Positions 8,137-15,737 of a stretch of DNA of 32,000 nt are shown here, piece by piece (position 1 is the first letter of the stretch; every line of letters begins with the position of its first letter). The stretch comes from Alkalilimnicola ehrlichii MLHE-1 (lineage in GTDB: Bacteria > Pseudomonadota > Gammaproteobacteria > Nitrococcales > Halorhodospiraceae). The translations under genes and the position numbers were made by a program. The stretch covers positions 2,670,001 through 2,702,000 of the forward strand of contig NC_008340.1 in the NCBI RefSeq assembly GCF_000014785.1. Reading direction: 5' to 3'. Below the pieces are notes generated by a model. It searched no databases. It was not told the origin of the DNA and saw nothing but the letters and a program-made list of their open reading frames with translations.

Positions 8137-10188
8137 TCAGTGGGCGTCATCGCCCGGGCCCGGGTCGTCCGGCGGCGCGTAGACGGCCTGCGCCCGGGTG
8201 TAGAACAGCGGGTCCCAGACGCCGTGCTCCGGGGGGCCGATGGCGGAGGCCTTCCAGCCGCCGAAGGGTGCCCGCGGGTCGATGGCCGCGCCGGCGCCGT
8301 TGAGTCGCAGGAGACCGGCCTGCGCCTGGGCCAGGAAGCGCCGCTGCACCGCCGGATCGTTACTGTACAGGGTCGCGGCCAGCCCCTGGGGCACGCCGTT
8401 GAGCCGGTCCAGCGCCTCGTCGAGGTCCGCCACCGGCACCAGCACCACCACCGGGCCGAAGCTCTCCTGCTGCATGCACTCGGCGTCCGGGGGCAGGCCG
8501 GTGAGCACAGTGGGGGCGTACCAGTTGCCCTGGGCCCAAGCCGGCGGCACCCGGCCGCCGCAGAGCACATTGGCGCCCGCGGCGCGGGCGCGGGCGACGA
8601 TGCCCTCGATCCGCGCCTGCGCGGCCCGGGAGACCAGCGGACCGACAACGGTGTCCGGCGCCTCCGGCCGGCCCGGGCGCAGCGCCTGCACCCGGGCCAG
8701 GAAAGCCTCGGTGAAGCGGTCCAGCACCGAGGAGGCCACCAACAGGCGGCGCACCGCGGTGCAGCGCTGGCCGGCGAAGCTGAAGGCGGCCCGGGCGAGT
8801 TCCCCGGCGGCCCGTTCCGGGTCGGCGTCGGCCATGACCAGGGCGGCGTTGTTGCCGCCCAGCTCCGCCTGCAGGGGCGTGCCGTGCAGCGCGCAGGCGG
8901 CCGCCACCTGGCGCCCGGCGGTGATGGAGCCGGTAAAGCTCACCGCCTGCACCCGGGCATCGGCGGCCAGGGTGTCGCCGGTGGCCGCCCCGCCCTGCAC
9001 CAGGTTCAGCACCCCCGGGGGCAGGCCGGCGTCCAGACCGGTCTGCATCAGCATCCGCGCCAGTTCCGGGGCCTCCGGCGCCGGCTTCCAGACCACGCTG
9101 TTGCCCCAGCGCAGGGCCGGTCCGATCTTGCCCAGGGGCAGCGCCAGCGGGTTGTTCCAGGGGGTGATGGCGGCCACCACCCCCCGGGGCCGGTGGCGCA
9201 CGCTCACCCCCGGCGCCAGGGCCCCGGGCGGGGTCGGTGCCATGGGCTCGAGGCTGGTGGCCAGCAGGGCCAGGGCGTAGTCGAACTCCGCCCCGGCCTC
9301 GAGGGAGGGCTTGCCCACCTCCCGGATCAATGCGGCCACCAGTTCGTGGCGCTGCTGTTGAAGCCGCGCTTCCCAGGCCTTCAGCATGGCAATGCGCTGG
9401 CTGTCCGGCAGTGCCGCCCAGCCCGCCCCGGCCGCCCGGGCGGCCTCCACCGCCGCGCCGACCAGGGGGGCGTCGGCGGCGCCGGTCCGGCTGAGGATCC
9501 GCCGGTGGTCACAGGGGTCGTGGCGGGTGAGCTGCTCCGGCGCGGCCGCCCGATGCCATTGCCCGGCGATGCAGGCGGCGGGCTGCAGGTCGCGCCCGGG
9601 TGTCGGCCTGCGCGTTGCCGCCCCGCCGTCATCCGGCTCACCCAGGCGCGCCCGGATGTCCGCCGTGGTCAGCGCGGCGCAGGCCCGATCCGCTAGGTGC
9701 CTCAGCGCCAGGCGGGCGTGCAGCGGGTCGTAGGAGGCCACCGCATCCACCGCCAGCCAGACCTGGAAACCGGCCTGGTAGGCGTCCAGCACGGTGGCCT
9801 GGACACAGGCATGGGTGTGCAGGCCACTGACGACCACTGTGTCCACGCCCTGCTCGCCCAGCCACGCCGCGGTCCCGGCCCCGCCGAAAGCACTGTAGTA
9901 GGGCTTGGCCAGGACGGCTTCACCCGGTGCCTCGGCCAGGGCCGGCGGTGGGGCCGCCCCGGGGGTGCCGCCGACGCAGGCCCAGTGGGCCCGGCGCTGC
10001 CAGTGGGGCATGCGGTTATGGCCGTCCGCGGCGATAAGGGTGCGGACATGGCACACCGGCAGGCTGCGGCGACGGAAGCCGTCCAGCAGCGTCCGGGCCT
10101 GCCGGATGGCGGCCCCGGCCTCGGCCGCATCAACCCCCCGGTCCAGGTAGTCCTGTTGCCAGTCCACCAACAACAAGGCGGCACGCAT
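8137..10188 (-). CDS. Fusion protein: N-terminal isochorismatase-family cysteine hydrolase plus C-terminal aldehyde dehydrogenase
   Basis: N-terminus has LLLVDWQQDY and VSGLHTHACVQATVLDA, typical of the isochorismatase fold. C-terminus has ALDH motifs ELGGNNAALV and FSFAGQRCTAV (catalytic Glu and Cys). I prefer ATG 10188, 2 nt after the upstream stop codon, over the track start at 10233. Confidence 0.8.
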   Translation of the reverse strand: MRAALLLVDWQQDYLDRGVDAAEAGAAIRQARTLLDGFRRRSLPVCHVRTLIAADGHNRMPHWQRRAHWACVGGTPGAAPPPALAEAPGEAVLAKPYYSAFGGAGTAAWLGEQGVDTVVVSGLHTHACVQATVLDAYQAGFQVWLAVDAVASYDPLHARLALRHLADRACAALTTADIRARLGEPDDGGAATRRPTPGRDLQPAACIAGQWHRAAAPEQLTRHDPCDHRRILSRTGAADAPLVGAAVEAARAAGAGWAALPDSQRIAMLKAWEARLQQQRHELVAALIREVGKPSLEAGAEFDYALALLATSLEPMAPTPPGALAPGVSVRHRPRGVVAAITPWNNPLALPLGKIGPALRWGNSVVWKPAPEAPELARMLMQTGLDAGLPPGVLNLVQGGAATGDTLAADARVQAVSFTGSITAGRQVAAACALHGTPLQAELGGNNAALVMADADPERAAGELARAAFSFAGQRCTAVRRLLVASSVLDRFTEAFLARVQALRPGRPEAPDTVVGPLVSRAAQARIEGIVARARAAGANVLCGGRVPPAWAQGNWYAPTVLTGLPPDAECMQQESFGPVVVLVPVADLDEALDRLNGVPQGLAATLYSNDPAVQRRFLAQAQAGLLRLNGAGAAIDPRAPFGGWKASAIGPPEHGVWDPLFYTRAQAVYAPPDDPGPGDDAH

Positions 10189-10190
10189 GG

Positions 10191-11339
10191 TCAGGCCCGC
10201 GCCCCCTGCAGTACTTCGGTCAACGACGCGCACAGGGCCTGGCCCATGGCCCGGGTGCCCACCGCGGTGGGCTGCGCGCCCTGAATATCGGCGGTGCGCA
10301 CGCCCCGGGCGAGGGTCCGGGCGATGGCCGTCTCCAGGGCATCGGCCAGTGCCGGCAGGCGGAAACTCTCGCGCAGCATCATGGCCAGCGAGCAGACCTG
10401 GCCGATGGGATTGGCCCGGTCCCGGCCGGCCAGGTCCCAGGCGGCACCGTGGGCGGTCTGGTAGACCGCCTGGCCGGCGGCGCCGTAGTTGCCGGACCAG
10501 GACATGCCCCGCGAGCCCATGAGCAGGCTGCCGCAGTCGCCCAGGATATCGCCGAACATGTTGGGGCAGACGATGACGTCGAACTGCCGGGGGTCGGCGA
10601 TGAGCTGGTAGGCGGCGTTGTCCACCTCCAGGGTCCGGCAGCGCACGGCGCCGTGCTCGCCGGCGACCGCGGTCAGGGCGTCGTGCCAGAGGGCGCTGAT
10701 GGCAGGCACGCCGCCCGGTTTGGTGACAACGACCAGGTCACCGCGCCGCTGCCCGGCCAAGCGGAGGGCCGTGCGCAGGATGCGCTCCACCTCGTCGGCC
10801 CGGTAGCGGCAGACCTGGTAGGCGCTGCGCGCCGCACCCTCGCCTTCACTGCCCCACTCGCCACAGTAGAGCCCGCTGGCATTCTCGCGCACGATGAGGA
10901 CGTCCGCCGAGCGGGCGGCCTCCGGGCGCAGCACGCCGGCATCAGCCAGGGCGGGCCAGTGGCGCAGCGGGATCAGCTTGCAGTAGAGGTCGAAGTGCCG
11001 GCGCAGGTCGTAGACGAAGCGCCCGCCCCCGGGGCCACAGAGCACCGCCCCGCCCTGAGCGAAGACCTGAGCGCAGAAGTCGCGCACCTCCGGGGTCAAG
11101 CCGCGACCAGTGAGGCGCTCGGCCTGCCGGCCGATGGGCCCGCCGGTGCGCACCTCGAAGCGCTGGCCGGTGGCCTCGCCGAGGAGCCGCAACAGCGAAA
11201 GAGCAACGTCGATGACTTCCGGGCCGACGCCCTCCCCCGGCAGCACCCCGACCAGAAAGGCCTCACCGCGCTCCGTGCCCGTGCCACGGGGCGGTGCATG
11301 GTCGGTGCCGGGGTGCGACGGGCAGGCTTCGGGGTGCAC
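10191..11339 (-). CDS. Isocitrate/isopropylmalate dehydrogenase family oxidative decarboxylase (IPMDH/tartrate-DH-like)
   Basis: VLPGEGVGPEV N-terminal motif and family signature NMFGDILGDCGSLLMGSRGM. The GTG start at 11339 gives an extension of about 20 aa, so the start is uncertain. Confidence 0.8.
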   Translation of the reverse strand: MHPEACPSHPGTDHAPPRGTGTERGEAFLVGVLPGEGVGPEVIDVALSLLRLLGEATGQRFEVRTGGPIGRQAERLTGRGLTPEVRDFCAQVFAQGGAVLCGPGGGRFVYDLRRHFDLYCKLIPLRHWPALADAGVLRPEAARSADVLIVRENASGLYCGEWGSEGEGAARSAYQVCRYRADEVERILRTALRLAGQRRGDLVVVTKPGGVPAISALWHDALTAVAGEHGAVRCRTLEVDNAAYQLIADPRQFDVIVCPNMFGDILGDCGSLLMGSRGMSWSGNYGAAGQAVYQTAHGAAWDLAGRDRANPIGQVCSLAMMLRESFRLPALADALETAIARTLARGVRTADIQGAQPTAVGTRAMGQALCASLTEVLQGARA

Positions 11340-11474
11340 GGGCTGCGCTTCTCCTCGAGGCAGTGGCGTTCGCGGTGACGGTGGCCCGGCGCCGGAGCGC
11401 CCGCCGTTGTCGAAAGCATAGTCGGGCGGGGACCGGGGTAAAGCGCCCGCGCCGGGCTTGGGGGCCGCGCCCGT

Positions 11475-12446
11475 TCAGGGCAGACGCGGGGTGCGCCGCC
11501 ACTCCCGGCCACGCCAGAGGTCGGCGAGACGGTCACGCAGCGAGCGCGGGTCGTGCAACGGCACCGGCCGGCCCGAGGCGGGCCCGTCGATCTCCGCCAT
11601 GGCCGCGATGAGCTGCCGCTGGGCGCTGCGGTAGCTGTCGAGACGAATGGGATAGGGGTGGGTGCGCAGCCGCCCCACGTGGGGGTTGGTGTTGATCTCA
11701 TAGACCTGGGGCCGGCCGCCGATTAGGGCGAAGTCGGCCCGGCCGTAATCGATATGACCGGTCTCGAAGGCGGGCGCGAGTGCATCGGCAAAGGGATTGT
11801 CGTTGACCAGCCGGAGCTCATCCTCGTACAGCGCCTGGCCGGCGATGCCGTTCTGGCCGTATTTCGCCGCCCAGTGATCCTGGTGGGCGCACAGCGCCGG
11901 GACGATTCGCCCGCCCACCCGGTAAGCGGCCAGCTTGCGGTAGAGCCCGTCGGCCACCGGCTCGGCGTGGAACTGGACGACCATCAGCTCGCGGCGGGGT
12001 ATCCCCCGGTCGATCGCCTCGGCCACCGCCTGCGCCAGGGACTCGGGGGTGTCCAGGCACCCGGTCAACGGGCCGCGGTGGGCGGACTCGGTGCGCAGGA
12101 AGACGGGGTACGCCCCGTCCGGCGGCGTCTCATCGACGCGCCAGACACCGAAGTCGTTGAACCGCCGGGCATGCAGATCGCGCAGCAGTTCGAAGCGTGA
12201 GCGCACCCGTGCCGGGTCGTTGAGCACGCACGCGCCGGCCTCGCGCAGTTGCCGGTGGATCCGCCCGGCCATCTCCAGGTCCCAGAAGTTGAGGCGGTCG
12301 AAATCGGTGAAGATGTAGGTGGCACGAGGCAGCCGCCGCCGGCGGAACAGCCGGTGGTAGGACATGACCCGGAAGTCGAAGGCATCGGATTGCTGCAGCG
12401 GGCGGTGGGTGTGCGCGTGCGCCTGGGTGCTGAACAGGACAATCAT
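11475..12446 (-). CDS. ATP-grasp-like protein, paralog B
   Basis: Shares blocks with 2454..3449: YIFTD[YF]DRL, NDFGV, YPVF[IL]R, AEP…YRK…GGRI[IV]P, IDYGR.D, YEINTNP. Its start overlaps the HExxH gene stop codon by 4 nt. Confidence 0.55.
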   Translation of the reverse strand: MIVLFSTQAHAHTHRPLQQSDAFDFRVMSYHRLFRRRRLPRATYIFTDFDRLNFWDLEMAGRIHRQLREAGACVLNDPARVRSRFELLRDLHARRFNDFGVWRVDETPPDGAYPVFLRTESAHRGPLTGCLDTPESLAQAVAEAIDRGIPRRELMVVQFHAEPVADGLYRKLAAYRVGGRIVPALCAHQDHWAAKYGQNGIAGQALYEDELRLVNDNPFADALAPAFETGHIDYGRADFALIGGRPQVYEINTNPHVGRLRTHPYPIRLDSYRSAQRQLIAAMAEIDGPASGRPVPLHDPRSLRDRLADLWRGREWRRTPRLP

Positions 12447-13438
12447 CCGGTGGCGTGGTCCATGTACGCTTTGGCGTTGGCCATGAGGGCGCGCCCGTGC
12501 CGGCTCAGAAGGCCGTGGGCGGCGACCACCTCGTGGCCGGCGCGGAAGTTGGCGGCGTCCTCCGCCATGGCCTGGCGCGCACCGGCCCGCTCGGCCTCGT
12601 CCAGCAGCCCCGAGTCCAGCAACCGGCCCATGGCCCAGTGCATGCGGGCGGAGACGAAGGTGGCGTGGTAGATGCCGTCCATGGGCCGGGGGTCTTGGCG
12701 CAGCGGCGAGGGGTAGAGCTCCTCGTCATGATTGAGGACCAGCGGGGCCTCGGTGCAGAAGCCGAACAGCAGGCTGTGCGCGCTCTCGTGGGCGATGACC
12801 TCGGCCATGGCAATGCGGTCGGGATGCGCCCCGGCGTTGAGAAACAGCGCCCCCCAGAGCTGAAAGTGGGAGCCGCCGTGGAACTCGCCGGCGTCATGGT
12901 CGCCACCGGCCACGCCGACCACGTGGTGGACGATGGCCTCCACCTCGCCGGCCAGCTCCGGCGCGGCCTGCCGCAGCAGCCCAAGGCCCTCGTGGTAGCG
13001 CTGCACGAAGGCCGTCTCCAGTTCCGCCGGCGGCGGATGCAGCGTCAGCCCCGTCGGCATCTCCGCCATCATCTTATCCTGGTAGAGGCGACTGGTGGCG
13101 CACGCCGATGGCGGTCGCAGCCCCTCGACCCGCTGGCCATCCGGCAATGGCGGTTCGTTGCCGATCCTCTGAAAGGCGGTCCGGGCCTGCGCCAGGTCGC
13201 CGTCCAGCAGGTCGATGACCAGGTCGTAGTAGCGGCCGAACAGGCTCGGGGCGTGCGCCTGTCCCGTGGCGAGCCGGCTGAGCAGGGGATCCAACGACAG
13301 GTCGGGCAGCGGGGTGTGGGCGTTGAAGCGCTCGAAGACGTACCCGAGGCTGGCGCCCAGCTCACGGTGCATGGCCTGATCCAATTGCCCCGCCCGTTCC
13401 GGATCGGGCTCGAACCCATAGTGCACCGTGGCCGTCAC
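12443..13438 (-). CDS. HExxH-motif protein (putative metal-dependent peptide-modifying enzyme, possibly aKG-HExxH / TIGR04267-like)
   Basis: VIAHESAHSLLF motif in a soluble protein with real-protein composition. GTG start with AGGGAG 6 nt upstream. Family membership was not verified. Confidence 0.6.
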   Translation of the reverse strand: MTATVHYGFEPDPERAGQLDQAMHRELGASLGYVFERFNAHTPLPDLSLDPLLSRLATGQAHAPSLFGRYYDLVIDLLDGDLAQARTAFQRIGNEPPLPDGQRVEGLRPPSACATSRLYQDKMMAEMPTGLTLHPPPAELETAFVQRYHEGLGLLRQAAPELAGEVEAIVHHVVGVAGGDHDAGEFHGGSHFQLWGALFLNAGAHPDRIAMAEVIAHESAHSLLFGFCTEAPLVLNHDEELYPSPLRQDPRPMDGIYHATFVSARMHWAMGRLLDSGLLDEAERAGARQAMAEDAANFRAGHEVVAAHGLLSRHGRALMANAKAYMDHATG

Positions 13439-13491
13439 GCGCCACTCCCTTGCTGTTGTTACTCGGTTGTCGCGCTCGGTCCCGCCGGTGG

Positions 13492-13653
13492 TCAGGTGAC
13501 CTTCATGCCCACCTTGCCGCCGACTTTCGCCCCGATGGTGGTGGTCCGGTCGAGTACCTTGTCGCCCACCTTTGCGCCGGTTCTGACGCTGCTGTCGAGC
13601 CGGAAGCCCAGCAGGCGGCGGGCATCCAGATTGATGCCGTCGGTCTTGTCCAT
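13492..13653 (-). CDS. Unlisted small ORF (53 aa), candidate precursor/scaffold peptide: MDKTDGINLDARRLLGFRLDSSVRTGAKVGDKVLDRTTTIGAKVGGKVGMKVT
   Basis: Hand-translated, ATG 13653 to TGA 13492. GAGGGGA (13660-13666) lies 6 nt upstream of the ATG. About 47 of 53 codons end in G or C. Same strand as the HExxH gene and 53 nt upstream of it. Confidence 0.5.
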   Translation of the reverse strand: MDKTDGINLDARRLLGFRLDSSVRTGAKVGDKVLDRTTTIGAKVGGKVGMKVT

Positions 13654-13706
13654 GGTCGATCCCCTCAGGTTACCGGCCGTCCGGCCGGGGAATTGTTATC
13701 AAACCT

Positions 13707-13741
13707 CGCTTCAAGACTAGCCGGCTGCGGGATCAACGCAA
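13707..13741 (-). promoter_or_regulatory. Possible sigma70-like promoter for the small-ORF operon (TTGCGT-16 nt-TAGTCT on the minus strand)
   Basis: Motif match only, in the 170-bp lower-GC divergent intergenic region 13654-13823. -35 at 13736-13741 and -10 at 13714-13719. Confidence 0.2.
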
Positions 13742-13823
13742 GGCAGCGGGGAGGATCAACCTGTACTAATAGGGTAAACCGTCTAGGCTTGCGCAAAAGT
13801 GACAACGCCCAAGGGGATCGGCG

Positions 13824-15023
13824 ATGACGGCGCGCCGCGTGCAACTGCTCAAGGTGGTCTCGGGGCTGGATATCGGGGGGGTGCGTAGCGCAGAGCTCGG
13901 TTTCACCGCCGAGTTGCAGGCGCGGGGGGTCGGCGTTGGCGGCGTAATCGTGACCGGGGGCGCCATGGCCGCCCGTTACGCCCGGCTGTTTGACGGCCAC
14001 TGGCTGCTGGACACCCGTCTGCCCGAGTTCCGAGGCGGACGGTGGGAGCGGCTGCGCCGAACGGTGGTAAACCTGGGGCGCAGCCGGCAGGGCGCCCGGC
14101 GGCTGGCCGGTGACCTTCGCGGGACCCGGTGGGCGTCGGCGGGCACGGTGGTGGCGGTGCGCCATGCGCCGCTGCTGCCTCTGGCCGCGCTGCTGGCCCG
14201 CCGGCTCGACCTCCCGTTGCTCTGGCACATGCCCAACCCGGTCCACGACCGGCTCGGCCGGGCCTATTTCCAGGCCCTGCTGCGTCTGGCCGGCGGCACG
14301 GCGGTGGGCAATAGCCGCTACACCCTGGCCAGCCTCGGCGCCGGCGATGGCCCGGTGATCTATCCCGGCTTCTCCCCCGCCCGGGTGGCCCTCGACGAGA
14401 CCGCCCCCGAGCTGCGGGCGTCGCTGGGCATCCCGGCCGCGGCGCCGGTATTCGCGGTGGTGGCCCGGCTCACCCCGGACAAGGCCACTGACTGGGTGCT
14501 GGCGGCCTTTCTCGATTCGGCGGCCTTTCGCAACGGGGCGCATCTGCTGATCGCCGGCGGCCCGCTGGACTCCCGGTTCGCCCTTGACCTAAGGGCTCAC
14601 GCCGGTGAGGCGGGCGACGGCCGGGTGCACTTTCTCGGCGAGGTCGAGCAGGTGGCGCCGGTTTACCGGGCCGCGGATGTGCTGGTGGCGGGCCGGCGCA
14701 CGGTGGAACCCTTCGGGATCTCGCTGGTGGAGGCCATGGCCTCGGGACTGCCGGTCATCGCCCCGGGCGGCGGGGGGCCGGACGAGGTCGTCACCGACGG
14801 GGTGACCGGGTGGTTGCTGCCGGACCGGGGCGTGGCAGCCTATACCCGGGCGCTGGACCGCGCCTGGTCGGACCGCGCCCGCTGGCCGGTGATGGGTGGG
14901 CAGGCGCGCACCGCCGCCGCGCCGTTCAGCCTGGCGCACCAGGCCGGCCGCTACCTGCAACTGGTGCGGGCGGTGCTGGACCCGGACGGCGACGACCCGG
15001 CGCCCATGGTGAGGGCGCGTTGA
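13824..15023 (+). CDS. Glycosyltransferase family 4 (GT-B, retaining type)
   Basis: EPFGISLVEAMASGLPVIA (E-x7-E motif). Confidence 0.85.
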   Translation: MTARRVQLLKVVSGLDIGGVRSAELGFTAELQARGVGVGGVIVTGGAMAARYARLFDGHWLLDTRLPEFRGGRWERLRRTVVNLGRSRQGARRLAGDLRGTRWASAGTVVAVRHAPLLPLAALLARRLDLPLLWHMPNPVHDRLGRAYFQALLRLAGGTAVGNSRYTLASLGAGDGPVIYPGFSPARVALDETAPELRASLGIPAAAPVFAVVARLTPDKATDWVLAAFLDSAAFRNGAHLLIAGGPLDSRFALDLRAHAGEAGDGRVHFLGEVEQVAPVYRAADVLVAGRRTVEPFGISLVEAMASGLPVIAPGGGGPDEVVTDGVTGWLLPDRGVAAYTRALDRAWSDRARWPVMGGQARTAAAPFSLAHQAGRYLQLVRAVLDPDGDDPAPMVRAR

Positions 15024-15029
15024 AGACCG

Positions 15030-15737
15030 ATGGGGGACGACGTGACGGACAGCATCGCCGTGTTACAGGCCCGGACCACCTCCCGCCGACTGCCCGCCAA
15101 GGTGCTGCTTCCGGTGGGGGGACTGCCGCTGGTGGTGCTGGCCGCCCGGCGCGCGGCGAACACCGGCCGGCGGGTGCTGGTGGCCACCTCCACCGATCCC
15201 TCGGACGACGAGCTGGCGCGGGTGGTGCGCGCGCATGGGCTGGCCTGTGCGCGCGGCAGCCTGGAGGACACCCTGGGGCGGTTCGTCCAGGTGCTGACCG
15301 ATTACGCCGATGACACGCTGGTCTTCCGCCTGACCGCGGACAACGGACTGCCCGACGGGCGCCTGCTGGATGACCTGGCCGACGACCTCCACCGGCGGGA
15401 CCTGGACTACCTGGCCTGCAACGGGGCGCCCTGTGACCTGCCCGACGGTTTCAGTGCCGAGGTGACCCGGCTGCGGCACCTGCGCGCCGCCCACCGCGGG
15501 CCCACCACGCCCTACGACCGCGAGCACGTCACGCCCGCGGTGATCCGCGCCCGGGGACAGGCCTGGTTCACCGGCTACGCCGGTCGCGGGCTGGCGGGCC
15601 AGCGCTGCACCATCGACACCCTGGATGACTACCTGGCCGTCTGCCGGCTGTTTGTGGGCTACGCCGACCCGGTCGGCACGCCAGCGACGCGCCTGCTGGA
15701 GGCCTTGGCCACCCCGGCCCGCGATGCCCATGCCTGA
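15030..15737 (+). CDS. SpsF-like cytidylyltransferase (acylneuraminate/CMP-sugar cytidylyltransferase family)
   Basis: N-terminus IAVLQARTTSRRLPAKVLLPVGGLPLV is typical of the SpsF/COG1861 family. Lies in the same operon as PseG-like and NeuB-like genes. Confidence 0.7.
   Translation: MGDDVTDSIAVLQARTTSRRLPAKVLLPVGGLPLVVLAARRAANTGRRVLVATSTDPSDDELARVVRAHGLACARGSLEDTLGRFVQVLTDYADDTLVFRLTADNGLPDGRLLDDLADDLHRRDLDYLACNGAPCDLPDGFSAEVTRLRHLRAAHRGPTTPYDREHVTPAVIRARGQAWFTGYAGRGLAGQRCTIDTLDDYLAVCRLFVGYADPVGTPATRLLEALATPARDAHA

Noticed and set aside
8047-9696. 549-aa plus-strand ORF (and 8240..9280) opposite the isochorismatase-ALDH gene
   Set aside because: It has no motifs and a GC-artefact composition. 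The opposite strand carries clear ALDH catalytic motifs.
13673-13688. CCGGCCG-tc-CGGCCGG inverted repeat in the 5' region of the small ORF, considered as an operator or riboswitch stem
   Set aside because: The loop is too short for a stable full-length hairpin, and a CCGG-rich palindrome is expected by chance at this GC content. I noted it only as context for the promoter guess.
12455-13720. 421-aa plus-strand ORF covering the HExxH gene and the small-ORF region
   Set aside because: It is antisense to a protein with normal composition and an HExxH motif. Its own sequence is Gly/Arg/Pro/Val-rich and low in complexity. The minus-strand reading has Shine-Dalgarno sites and operon logic, which this ORF lacks.
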